Shown piece by piece: positions 12,301 to 22,835 of a DNA stretch of 64,000 bases. The stretch is from NCBI GenBank assembly GCA_963422645.2, contig CAXXVO010000004.1:416001-480000 (forward strand). The letters run 5' to 3'. A program made the position numbers and the translations under genes. Below the pieces are notes generated by a model that saw nothing but the letters and a program-made list of their open reading frames with translations, did no database searches and was not told the origin of the DNA. The stretch is from Alphaproteobacteria bacterium (GTDB lineage: Bacteria > Pseudomonadota > Alphaproteobacteria > UBA828). Position 1 is the first letter of the stretch. Every line of letters begins with the position of its first letter.

Positions 12301-12474
12301 TGCGGGCTACCAGAAATATCCAGCGCCAATCAGCGTTCCAAATGACAATAACCCACTGATAAAACGAAATTTCTTTCATTCAGTGCAGGCTGTCCGAATT
12401 CACTCCCAAGATTTGCGGAAGCAATCCGTAACCGGAGTTGGCTGTCTCGCCGTCACCTCCTGCCAGCCATGCCG

Positions 12475-12515
12475 GTAAGCGTTCCGGCGTAACCGTTCGG
12501 GTTCCGTAATCGTTC
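12475..12515 (+). repeat. Three stacked GTAANCGTTC motifs resembling IS66-type termini
   Basis: GTAAGCGTTC at 12475, GTAACCGTTC at 12489, GTAATCGTTC at 12506. Confidence 0.5.
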
Positions 12516-12586
12516 GTTCGGGCCGTGGAGACGCTATCTGCTTGATGCCTAGCTTTGGCGTGCCCTGGATGGCGTTGGCTGGGATT

Positions 12587-12760
12587 CTAGCGGTTTAGGG
12601 TGCGCTGCCAATCCCTTCTGAGGGGCCGGAGCCAGACGTCCTTGCAGGGTTTGTTTTGGAGCTTGCCGCGGTCGTAGCGTCCGCCCGACCCGTATCCAGC
12701 CTGATGCCCGGTAGACGGCTCCGGTGTAGCGCGGGGTCTCGACAAAGGTCTCCACGAACG
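12587..12760 (-). pseudogene. 3' fragment of a DUF4338 (DruA-like) gene, downstream of the LSR insertion
   Basis: TFVETPRYTGAVYRASGWIRVG, then a frameshifted GRYDR..KPCKDVWLRPLRRDWQRTLNR*; continues the PVLIE end of the fragment at 15578. Confidence 0.8.
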
Positions 12761-13207
12761 TCACAGACTACTATCTTGCAGGCTTCCGAGGCTCCTGAGC
12801 CCGTTCGCATTCGACGCTACAAGCATCCTTTCGACGGTGAGGCGATCGAGATTCTCGATCGGCGCAAAGGAGGTTACGGGGGCCGGACTCTGAAGGTTCG
12901 GATGCCGGACGGCAGCTGTTGTTGGATACCAGCGGCATGGACGAGCCTTGGAGCCCGTCCCGAGGATGCACCACGCCTGATCGGAGAGTTGTCTGATTTC
13001 CTCACCCTCCTTAATCTTCTGAATGACCTTGATGAGAGGGAACTCAGGCGCGATGGATGCGGAGCAGGAGTTGGCGCTGATCGCGCTGATGGAGTGGGAG
13101 GAGCGCCGGGACCGGTGGCTGGCGTTTCCGGCTCCGGACCGGGATCGCGTCGTGCAGGGTCTGGCCGATCTGATGGTTCGGATTGCGGATCGGGAGGCGG
13201 CCGATGA
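12761..13207 (+). CDS. DUF5372/Y4bD-like accessory ORF body with no start codon at its 5' end in the integrated state
   Basis: VRIRRYKHPFDGEAIE...PDGSCCWIPAAWTS...DFLTLLNLL resembles the HP..G / DG..IP..WT pattern; no in-frame ATG precedes the HP..G motif; TGA overlaps the recombinase ATG (ATGA). Confidence 0.6.
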   Translation, partial: SQTTILQASEAPEPVRIRRYKHPFDGEAIEILDRRKGGYGGRTLKVRMPDGSCCWIPAAWTSLGARPEDAPRLIGELSDFLTLLNLLNDLDERELRRDGCGAGVGADRADGVGGAPGPVAGVSGSGPGSRRAGSGRSDGSDCGSGGGR

Positions 13208-13244
13208 CGGTCGATCCGTCGAAGATCACCCAGCGTCATCTTGA
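13053..13244 (+). CDS. Small hypothetical protein upstream of the recombinase (63 aa)
   Basis: MDAEQELALIALMEWEERRDRWLAFPAPDRDRVVQGLADLMVRIA; helical; present in both element copies; overlaps the DUF5372-like frame. Confidence 0.45.
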   Translation: MDAEQELALIALMEWEERRDRWLAFPAPDRDRVVQGLADLMVRIADREAADDGRSVEDHPASS

Positions 13245-15386
13245 GCGTCTTGCAGTTGTCTACGTTCGCCAGTCGACACCCTTGCAAGTGAACGCGCACC
13301 AGGAATCGCAGCTGCGCCAATACGCGCTTGGCGAGCGTGCCCGGGAGATTGGCTGGCCGGCCGAGCGGATACGGACGATCGACGCCGATCTTGGCGAGAG
13401 CGCAAGCGAGAAGGCGCGCGGCGAGCGTGGCGGCTTTCGGGAGATGTGCGACCTGATCGCCCGGGACCATGTCGGGGGCATCTTCGGGATTGAGGTTTCG
13501 CGGCTCGCCAGGAACACGATGGAATGGTTTCAGCTTCTCGATCTATGTCGCAGGCACGACACGGTTCTGGTTGAGGACTGCCACATCTACTGCCCGAGCC
13601 GGGACGACGACTCCCTTGTCCTGGGGATCAAGGGAACCGTGAGCGCCGCTGAGCTGTCTCTTATTCGCGCCCGGATGGAGGGCGGAAAGCGGAACAAGGC
13701 GCTTCGTGGCGAGTTGTACTCGCGCGTTCCGATCGGATTTGTGCGGGATGGCTCGACTTTGCGGAAGGATCCGGATGCCCGGGTTCAGGCGGCGATTGCA
13801 ACGGTCTTTGCGCGTTTTCGGCAAGCCGGTTCGGCCCGCCAGGCGACGATGCTGCTGCGTGAGGCGGGCGAGGATGTTCCCTCTCGCCGGCACCCGGGGG
13901 CAGCATTGGAATGGGGCCCGGCGCGCTATGAACGGGTGTACCGCATCCTCACCAACCCGGCGATGGGCGGCGCCTATGCCTACGGCTTCAAACGCGGCGT
14001 TGGTCACGGTGCGCCGCTGCGGCCGGTCCAGGAGCGCTGGGATATTCTTCAGCCGGAGAAGCATGAGGGATATGTCAGTTGGGCAGAATGGCTTGAAGTA
14101 CAGGAGCAGCTGGCCCGCAACCACATGGCTCCGGACGGAGCCCGCGGCGCGGCGCGGGAAGGGTCGGCTCTGCTCCAGGGTCTCGCGGTCTGCGGCGGCT
14201 GCGGATTGCCGATGACCGTCTACTACAGCAAGACGGGCTGGGGGTATGAGTGCCGCAAGCGCGATGCTGCGCGCCGGCGCGGCGGTTGTTGGTCGACAGG
14301 CGGCAAGCGCGTTGATGCGGAAGTTGCCCGTCTGTTTCTCGATGCGGTCACGCCGGCGGGGGTGGAGGCGGCCCGGCAGGCGGCTTGTGATGTTGCTGAA
14401 CGCGGCCTGCGCGCGTTGCGCCGTTGGGAGCTGGATCTTGAGCACTGCCGGTACGAGGCGCGGCTTGCCGAGCGGCGCTACAAGCAGGTCGATCCCGACA
14501 ACCGTCTGATTGCGGCAACGCTGGAGCGCGAGTGGGAGAAGGCGCTTCGCGCCGAGAAGGCTGCACAGGAAGCGCTTGAGGCGGCACGGGCGCGTCAGCC
14601 CGCGGCCCCTGCCCCGGCGCGGTTTTCGAGGGTCTCGGCGCGCGCCTGTCGCAGGTCTGGGGGGCGTCGTCGACGACCATGCGCGAGCGCAAGCGCCTGC
14701 TCGCCTGCCTCCTCGACGAGGTGACGATCGAGCTTGCGCGACAGGAGCGTGAGATCATGGCAACATTGCGCTGGCGTGGCGGGCAGATCGACGAGATCAC
14801 TTTGCCGATGCTCGCGGGCTCTCCGACACCCCGGCGCGATGAGCGCAGCACGGTCGAGCTCGTGCGCAAGCTGTCATGCTTTTACAACGACCGGGAGACC
14901 GCGAAGGTTCTCACCCGCCAGGGACGGCGCACAGCACGGGGTCTGGATTTCACGGCCGAGCTTGTTGGCAGCCTGCGTCGCCGCCATGGCATTGCGCCCT
15001 ACCAGCCCGACGGGGACGAGCCGGTGCTCATGGGCGTTGCCGATGTGGCGAAGGAGATCGGAGTCTCGGATGACACCATCTATCGCTGGATCCGCGAGGG
15101 GCTGGTTCCGGTTGCCCAGCCCGATATCGAAGGTGCTCCTCTTCGGATCCGGATGACCCCGACCTTGCGCGAGCGCTTTCGTGAGGCGCCTCCGGAGGGG
15201 TTTGTTCCCCTCGCTGTGGCAATGGATCGTCTGGGTGTCACGCGGCAGACGGTCTGGGAACGGATCAAGGCGGGCAGGCTGGACAGCTGCCATGTGACCC
15301 GCGGCAAGACGCGCGGACTGTATGTGCGTTTGCCGGTCGAGGACGAACTGCCGCTGCTGCGCGGGCTCAACGGTGATGGGGGGTGA
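13204..15386 (+). pseudogene. Large serine recombinase (~726 aa if repaired) with 2-bp frameshift near 14618
   Basis: YVRQST catalytic Ser, EVSRLARN, recombinase domain, zinc ribbon CGGCG..YEC..C, coiled coil VDPDNRL, two C-terminal HTHs; reads GGCGCGGTTT where copy 2 reads GGCGGTTT. Confidence 0.88.
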
Positions 15387-15577
15387 CCATGCCCGGACCG
15401 TCAGGCAAAACGCCCGATGCAGATCCGCACCTCCAACGTGCGATACTGGAAAATCACGTCCGGCACGATGTAAAGGTCGCCGCGGCGGCAACAACGGAAT
15501 CCAAACCGCCTTTTCTATCAATGCGGTAGAAACGCCCGCCCACCTGCACAACGGAGAAGCATTATGAAGCCTTCATC

Positions 15578-16023
15578 TCGATGAGCACCGGGGTGATGTT
15601 GTAGCGCTCGGTCCAGTCCCCGGGCAGGCGGCAGCGGACGATGGCGAGGATGTGTGAGCCGAGGTTGGGGATCTCGATCCAGGGCAGGATCAGGAACCGC
15701 GGGTTGTCGACCACCAGGGGGAGGTTCTTCTCGCGCTTCTCGGGCGTCCATCCAATGAACCTGTAGCGCGGTGCAAGCCTCCAGGCGGCGGTGGAGAAGC
15801 CGAGCATGGTCAGCGGCCAGCCGTTTCGGTCGTAGACGGCGTAGCGCATCTGGGCGCCGACCAGGGTCTTGAAGCCGAGATAGTGGTAGCGGGCGACGAA
15901 CTCGTTCCACAGCCTGCCGTCGCGGGTCTCGCGCACGACGGGGCGCATCTCCAGCGGGCGGACCTCGGCGAGGGTGGTCGGGGCCGGGAACAACGGCGGT
16001 CTCGTCTTCTCAGAGAGCGCCAA
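15578..16023 (-). pseudogene. DUF4338 (DruA-like) gene fragment A, interrupted after PVLIE
   Basis: WNEFVARYHYLG..LVGAQMRY..LGFSTAAW..FIGW..RFLILPW..NLGSHIL..DW..RY..PVLIE. Confidence 0.85.
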
Positions 16024-16140
16024 GGCTGAGGTGGCCCGGGAAAATCGGACAGGTCGCTAAGTGTCTGGCCTGGAATGAATTGATTGATTTCAGTGTGTTG
16101 TGATTCACTGTTTGTGTCCAAGCAATCAGCGAGGCACGAC

Positions 16141-16674
16141 ATGTGGACTGAAATCACTCGCCTGAAGTATGAGCGCAAGGGGTTGCGTTATGGAAGCGAC
16201 CTGACGGATGCAGAGTGGGCCGTTCTCAAGCCCTTGCTGCCCCCGGCCCGAGTTCTGGGGCGCCCGCGGACGACGGACCTGCGCGAGGTCGTGAATGCGA
16301 TCCTGTATGTGCTGCGCAGCGTTTGTCCGTGGCGACTGCTGCCGAAGCACTTTCCGCCGCGTTCGACGGTGCAGCGCTATTTCTACGCTTGGCGCGATGA
16401 CGGGCTCTGGCAACGGATCAACCGCACCCTGCTGACGGCGACACGCGTGGCCGAGGGCCGACAGGCCGGCATCATCGACAGCCAATCGGTCAAGACCACC
16501 GAAAGCGGCGGCCCACGGGGCTTCGACGCGGGCAAGAAGGTCAAGGGCCGCAAGCGCCACATCCTGACCGACACCGGCGGCCTGCTGGTCACCGCCCGGG
16601 TCCATGCCGCCGATATCCAGGACGGCGACGGTGCTCCGGCCGTGCTTGCCGGCGTCTGCGACGGCTTCCCCCGG
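16141..16674 (+). pseudogene. IS5-family transposase, 3' truncated
   Basis: RYGSDLTDAEW, PWRLLPKHFPPRSTVQRYF, IIDSQSVKT, DAGKKVKGRKRH..DTGG; ends at an IS21-like terminus before the remaining catalytic residues. Confidence 0.88.
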
Positions 16675-16708
16675 TGTTGATCGGCGTGGAATATTGACCC
16701 CCTATTGG
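16675..16708 (+). mobile_element. Isolated IS21-like terminus
   Basis: TGTTGATCGGCGTGGAATATTGACCCCCTATTGG resembles the IS21 left end at 20288 (TGTTAAGCGTGGAAAAGTGACCCCCTATTGG). Confidence 0.65.
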
Positions 16709-17422
16709 ACCGGGCCCGCCGACCTGTGCGGGCCCCCAAGAACGCCCACGAACGCGTTCAGCCCGGCGACGTCATGCCCGCCGGCGAGCGCCCGGTCTGC
16801 AACGCCTCCGCAATGTTCCAGGAGGCCCCCCAGGTCCCTCCAGCCCGCCCCGGCCACTATCCGCTCGACATGGCAATCCCGCGCGCCTTCCAGCGCGCCC
16901 TCGTGGCCCTCGCCAACATCTCCGCCTCGATCGCCAACGTCGCGGAGTACACCGTCGCCTTCGATCCCGCCATCGCCGCAGACAACATGCGCCGCGACGC
17001 CGCGGCCGGCCTCGAGAAAGCCGCCGCGCGCTACGACAACCGTACCTCCTGACCGTCGGAGCCATCCATGCACCTGACCGACATCCACATCGACGAAATC
17101 GTCAAGATCGACAATCTCCCATGCAACGCCGTCGGACGCGCCACCTTCTCCAACGCACGCCAGTACCGCCAGCCGAATTCTTCCGGCAGCCCAACGCCAC
17201 AAACGGGCACTGACATGCTGCCGGCTGTTGGAGATCCAGTTCCTGCGCAGGAAGTACGTCAGGGACAACCGCATCAAGCTACGGGACAGCAATACCGGGG
17301 GCCGGATCGGCCCGCTTAAGCCCGACACTCGTGCGGTTCTCGACGGCTTTCGCCGCCAAAAGTACAAGCCTCCGTCCCCTAGCGTTCCAAGGCAATGTGA
17401 AATCGCCTCGCGCGGTCCCTGA
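16705..17422 (+). other. Unassigned ORF remnants (hypothetical, probably degraded)
   Basis: Short ORFs 16705-17052, 17068-17319 and 17228-17422 with no recognisable motif. Confidence 0.25.
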
Positions 17423-20287
17423 ACGCTTCCTCTCCACCTTCCAGGATGTCGCACACGACCTTGCGGATTTCCGCCTCGTCCAGGCCGCCGCTCCTGTACG
17501 TGATGGCCGGAAGACCCTCCGCCGACTGAGGGCCGACATGTGCGACAATAATCTGGTCCGCATCGGTGTTGACCACAAGGTTCGCGTTATGCGTAACAAT
17601 GATGACCTGCCGCTTCTTCTTGGCCTCCTCGAACAACGGCACCAGCTCGTCGAAAATGGACTTCGGATCGAGATTCTCTTCGGGTTGGTCGATAATCAAC
17701 GGTCGGTCATCGGCATCGTCGAGCGCAAGGTAGAGAAGCACCAGAACTATTCCCCGCGTGCCAGGTGACAGTTTTTGTATCTCGATTCCATCGTACTTGA
17801 TGCCATACTTGAGGGAAATGTGGCTTGTACTGTACAGCCATTGCGCGAAACGCCTCGACCAGGGTCGATATTTCAACCGGTCTGTACGCGGGTACGGGGC
17901 CTTTTCGAGAAGCGCCTCCTGATGCTTCTCCTGAAACGCATTCATGGCCTTGGAAACCGCAGCAGAATCACCCTCCCGCCAAGCGTCCCTCAGCATCCGG
18001 TTCGCTTCCTTCTCAAGTGAGCCTATGCCCTTGAACGGGCCTCCCCTGAGGTCGAACAGCTCATCTTCACCCTGCTTTGCCCACGTACCCACGTCGGCCA
18101 CCCTGGAGACAGAGAACGAGAGCTTCCCCAGCGTACCGCCGGCTTCCCGCAGGCGCCGGATCAGCGGACCGTACAACTCGTTGAGCACGCGCTCTTCCGC
18201 AAGCAGGGCATCGAAGACGCGAACGTAACCGTCCGCCCGCTCCGCAACGAGGCTCCTCGCCCTGTCATGCGCCCTCTTGCAATCTGCGAGCCTTTCTTTC
18301 AGTCCGGCAAGCTCATTTCCTTCTTCGGCGATCCGTTTGGAGACGGCAGCAACCTTGCGCGCGCTTTCCCTGTCCGCTGCGACCAGTTTTTCCATCCTCT
18401 CGATCTCTGCTTCGAGGACGCCGAGCGGGGTCCTCGCAAGATTGGCACCTTTGGGAAGGAACGTCCCGCTGGCATCCACTGCAACAGAAGGCTTCTCCCC
18501 TTTCCATGCCTTCGTGCTCTTCTCCACTTCCTCGGACTTCGCCGCTACGACCCCATCGACATCACCCACGTATTCGAGAAGAAAACGCCCCCACTCGCCC
18601 TCATCGAGAGAAAGATTCCTATAGTTCTCCCTCATGCCCCGCAGCATCTCGGGTGCCCGATTCTGTCTCAGGTCCCTGATTTCGTTCCTGACCCCGACGA
18701 TAGATGCCCTTCGATTGCCGAGCTTCCTTAGGTGGCCGCGTACCCGTTCGGCAGCGGCGATCAGTTCCCGGAGCCGCTCGCCCGTCTTCTTCCCATCTTT
18801 GGGCAACAAGGCCGTGCGATCCTTCTCGTAGCGCGCAATCAGCTTCTCTTTCGCGGCGATCTTCGCCTCCAGCGGTTTGACCTCACGCGTCTTCTCCATC
18901 TCGATGCCGATCTGGTCAGAAATGTTCGCCAGCGCCACCTCTTCCCGGACCCGCGCATCGCGATGGCCTCCCGCCCGCAGTTCAAGGAGCTCGCCGAAGT
19001 CGACCGCGCCGTCGCGTTCGAGTGACGGGTGCGCTTCGAAGATAACCCGCTCGATTTCCGCGATTAGTGTGGGCATGCCCTCTATGGAGCAGAGATCCTC
19101 CACGAATTGCTGCGACAGATACCTAGCACGGGGATAGGCGTCCGCTGAACTATCCACGGGTGCGTCGAGCGGCTGCGCTTGCGAAAGCTCGCCACTCGAC
19201 CATTTCACAACAACACTTGATTCCGACAGATGTTCCCTCGCCCGCGCAAGGAAGGACGGATTCTCCTCCGACTCCATGTACGAGCTGCAACCAGCCGCGA
19301 TCATGTCCACCAGCGCAGTCTTGCCCGATCCCCGCCCACCAATGACCGCCGTCAAGCCCGCATTCAGCTCCACAACGGGTGTCATGACCCACGACGCGTT
19401 TTCGACACGCACCTCGTCGATGATCTGGGAACCCGCCGACCATGACGGCGGGGCCGAACCGACGTACGCACGTTCCGGCACGCGACACGCGTGGCGGAAC
19501 GTATCGAAGGACGCTCGCCCCTTTATCCAGCAATACCGGTCTTCCGCGGGCTTGGCGACGCGCTCCAGACCATGCGCATCGCTGCCCCAAAGACACGGCT
19601 TCGGGCCGCGATATCTCTCCTGAAGTTCGGCCACACTCGCCGCCCCGCTCCCAAGCCAGAAATCCCTCTGCCTCAAACTCGAGGCAAAGATGGCGTGCGC
19701 GGCCTTTTCGATTTCTTCTCGCAGTGTCGTATCGGCCGCATCCCTCACGCCCGAAGTGCCATCCGCGCTTCCGGCGACCGCGATAATGATGTTTTCCTGG
19801 GCCCAGTCGATGCTGCGGTACATGTCGAGCAGATTGTCAAGCGATACCTTGAACTGCGTGACGCCGTGTTTCAGCGCAGCTTCTTCGCTGATATCGCCAC
19901 CGCGCGCGCGCCTCCCCAGCCGCGCCAGCTCGGAGGGTGTACATGCGAACTTGTCGTCAAAAGCGGAGAACCAGAGCCGACCCAGAAATCGGTTCAATTC
20001 GTCCACGTGATTCGGGTCCTCCGGACTGACAAGGAGGTGAATGTTGACAAAATTTCCCTTTACGGTCCCAGTGTTGAGTCGCAGCTCAATATTGGGAAAG
20101 AGCAGGTCGCATTCTTTCAGCCGACCCTTTGCTTTCTCCTCACACATGCGCTCGTAGGATCTCGTGATACAATAATCCGTAATCCCGATCGCCTGCAGCA
20201 CAGGCGACGCCGCTTCGACGGCATCGAGGTACAATTTCCAGCCATTTTCCTTGGGGAAGTTGTCCCCCAACACCGTCCCTGGCGTGT
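17379..20287 (-). pseudogene. PHP-domain/SMC-like ATPase fusion (Ppl/TrlF-like, putative defence protein), 5' end removed by IS21
   Basis: (H)TPGT, GITDY, NIELR, GSDAH PHP motifs; Walker A GGRGSGKT; long coiled coil; LSPGTRG, IIDQPEENLD, VTHN; lower GC than core genes. Confidence 0.8.
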
Positions 20288-20403
20288 TGTTAAGCGTGGA
20301 AAAGTGACCCCCTATTGGGGGTGATCGGCGTCCAAAATTGACCCCCTTGGATTTGTGTCCATGAACACACCTCGTCGTTTGGACGGACGGGGTGGTGGGG
20401 GAG

Positions 20404-21918
20404 ATGCTGGTTGTGGAAACGATCGCGAAGATCCGTCGGGATCATCTGGTGAAGGGCGTTCCGATCAAGAAGCTCGCCCGGGATTTGAGGGTTTCCAAGA
20501 ACACGATACGCAAGGTGGTGCGGGGCGATGCGACCTCGCACAGCTACGAGCGCAAGATCCAGCCGATGCCGAAGCTTGGGCTGTGGGTGGAGGAGCTTGA
20601 GCGCCAGCTGAAGGCCAACGAGAAGAAGGCACGCAAGGATCGGCTGTCTCTTCTGCGGATTCATGAAGACCTTGTGTCGCTGGGCTACAAGGGCGGCTAT
20701 GACGCGGTTCGCCGCTATGCCAGGGCCTGGCGGCGCCGGTGGCGGCTGTTGTCGCCGGCGCAGGCCTATGTGCCGCTGATCTTCGATCCCGGCGAGGCCT
20801 ACCAGTTCGACTGGAGCCACGAGTACGCGCGTCTGTCGGGCGCGACGACCAGGGTGAAGGCGGCGCACATGCGGCTGTGCCACAGCCGGATGTATCTGGT
20901 CCAGATCTTTCCCCGCGAGAGCCAGGAGATGGTCTTCGAGGCGCACGAGCGTGCCTTCCGCTTCTTCGGCGGGGTCTGCCGGCGGGGCATCTACGACAAC
21001 ATGAAGACGGCGGTGAGCACGATCTTCGTGGGCAAGAAGCGGGACTACAACCGCCGCTTCCAGGAGCTGTGCTCGCACCATCTGGTGGAGCCTGTGGCGT
21101 GCACGCCAGGGGCTGGCTGGGAGAAGGGGCAGGTCGAGAAGCAGGTGGGTGACCTTCGCGGCCGCCTGTTCGTGCCCATCCCGCGGGGCCGCTCCTACGC
21201 CGAGATCAACGAGTGGCTGATGGATCGGTGCATCGAGGACGCCAAGAAGCATCCGCATCCGACAATCCCGGGCAAGACGGTGTGGCAGGTGTTCGAGGAG
21301 GAGCAGCCCTTCCTGATGGCGTATCGCGGCCCCTTCGACGGCTTCCATGCCAGCGAGGTGTCGGTCTCGAAGACCTGTCTGGTGCGCTTCGACAACAACC
21401 AGTACAGCGTCGCGGCCCGCGCCGTCGGCCGGCCGGTGGACGTGCGGGCCTATGCCGATCGGATCGTCATCCGCCAGGACGGCGAGACCGTTGCCGAGCA
21501 CCCCCGCAGCTTCGGGCGCGGCCGGTTCGTCTACGATCCGTGGCATTACGTGCCGATCCTGACGCGGAAGCCCGGCGCGCTACGCAATGGCGCGCCCTTC
21601 AAGGACTGGCAGTTGCCCAACGCGCTCGGCCGCCTGCGAACCCGGCTCGCGGGCCACGACGACGGCGACCGGCAGTTCGTCAAGGTGCTCGCGGCGGTGC
21701 TGGAGGACGGACTGGAGGCGGTTGAGGCGGCCTGTGCCGAGACGCTCGACTGCGGTGCCTGCAGCGCCGACGTGGTGCTCAACATCCTCGCCCGGCAGCG
21801 CCAGCCGGCACCGCCGGCAATCATCCCGACGCCCGAGGGCCTGCAGCTTCGCCACAAGCCGGTAGCCGACTGTCAGCGCTACGACAGCCTGAGGGAGGCC
21901 GGTCATGGAGCGTCATGA
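20404..21918 (+). CDS. istA: IS21 transposase IstA
   Basis: N-terminal [38 protein letters not shown]. Confidence 0.93.
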   Translation: MLVVETIAKIRRDHLVKGVPIKKLARDLRVSKNTIRKVVRGDATSHSYERKIQPMPKLGLWVEELERQLKANEKKARKDRLSLLRIHEDLVSLGYKGGYDAVRRYARAWRRRWRLLSPAQAYVPLIFDPGEAYQFDWSHEYARLSGATTRVKAAHMRLCHSRMYLVQIFPRESQEMVFEAHERAFRFFGGVCRRGIYDNMKTAVSTIFVGKKRDYNRRFQELCSHHLVEPVACTPGAGWEKGQVEKQVGDLRGRLFVPIPRGRSYAEINEWLMDRCIEDAKKHPHPTIPGKTVWQVFEEEQPFLMAYRGPFDGFHASEVSVSKTCLVRFDNNQYSVAARAVGRPVDVRAYADRIVIRQDGETVAEHPRSFGRGRFVYDPWHYVPILTRKPGALRNGAPFKDWQLPNALGRLRTRLAGHDDGDRQFVKVLAAVLEDGLEAVEAACAETLDCGACSADVVLNILARQRQPAPPAIIPTPEGLQLRHKPVADCQRYDSLREAGHGAS

Positions 21919-22633
21919 TGTGCTGGAGATGATGACCCAGCTGAAGCTCGCAGGTATGCGCGCCGCTTACGACGACATCCTTGCCGACGGGCTCAAGCGC
22001 CGCCATCCGGTGCAACAGATCATCGGTACGCTGCTGCAGGTCGAGATCGCCGACAAGAGGGCCCGCTCGATCAAGTACCAGATGGCCTCCGCCAAGCTGC
22101 CGACGGTCAAGGAGCTGGCCGACTTCGACTTCGCCGCCTCGCCGGTCAACGAGCCCCTGATCCAGGAGCTCGCCGGCGGCGGCTTCCTCGAGGGCAAACG
22201 CAACATCGTGCTGGTCGGCGGCACCGGTACCGGCAAGACCCATCTCGCCGTCGCCATCGCGCGGTCCTGCATCCGCAAGGGCGCGCGCGGCCGGTGCTAC
22301 AACGTCGTCGACCTGGTCAACCTCCTCGAGGCCGAGCTTCGCGCCGGACGCCAGGGCCGCACTGCAGACCAGCTCGTCCGCCGCGACTTCGTCATCCTCG
22401 ACGAGCTCGGCTACCTGCCCTTCGCCCAGGCCGGTGGGCAGCTGCTCTTCCATCTGATGAGCCGGCTCTACGAGCGCACCTCGATCGTCATCACCACAAA
22501 CCTCGCCTTCGGCGAATGGCCATCCGTCTTCGGCGACCCCAAGATGACCACAGCGCTGCTCGATCGCCTCACCCATCATTGCGAGATCATCGAGACCGGC
22601 AACGAGAGCTGGCGCTTCAAGAACCGCTCCTGA
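21905..22633 (+). CDS. istB: IS21 helper ATPase IstB
   Basis: [43 protein letters not shown]. Confidence 0.95.
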   Translation: MERHDVLEMMTQLKLAGMRAAYDDILADGLKRRHPVQQIIGTLLQVEIADKRARSIKYQMASAKLPTVKELADFDFAASPVNEPLIQELAGGGFLEGKRNIVLVGGTGTGKTHLAVAIARSCIRKGARGRCYNVVDLVNLLEAELRAGRQGRTADQLVRRDFVILDELGYLPFAQAGGQLLFHLMSRLYERTSIVITTNLAFGEWPSVFGDPKMTTALLDRLTHHCEIIETGNESWRFKNRS

Positions 22634-22835
22634 CCCGCCGCCGGCCTCCCTTGCGGCCCGGTTGCCCCGGTGGGCCAACAGGGACCCCCCACGCGGCTTC
22701 GCTCCGCGTAGCGCAGGGCGCCACACGAAGCCGCGCGGGTCCCCCCTATTGGCTACCGGGACAACCTCCGCCGTGCCACTCAGGGGGGTCAATTTTGCAC
22801 GCCGATCGGGGGTCAGTATTGAAAGCCGATTGACA

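Larger units (their letters stand above)
12761..15577 (+). mobile_element. Large-serine-recombinase element, copy 1 (~2.8 kb), bounded by TC core dinucleotides
   Basis: TC at 12761-12762 and 15576-15577; removing the element restores an in-frame DUF4338 sequence; near-identical second copy at 25762-31284; no TIR or TSD seen. Confidence 0.85.
20288..22835 (+). mobile_element. IS21-family insertion sequence
   Basis: TG...CA ends with repeated TGACCCC subterminal motifs; istA-istB pair; no matching TSD, consistent with adjacent deletion or rearrangement. Confidence 0.92.

Noticed and set aside
10265-12379. 704-aa minus-strand ORF spanning both integrases
   Set aside because: Shadow frame of the integrase genes; no recognisable domain
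12656-12760. TTG start given by the ORF track for the 183-aa ORF
   Set aside because: Lies outside the element in antisense DUF4338 sequence, so it depends on the insertion context
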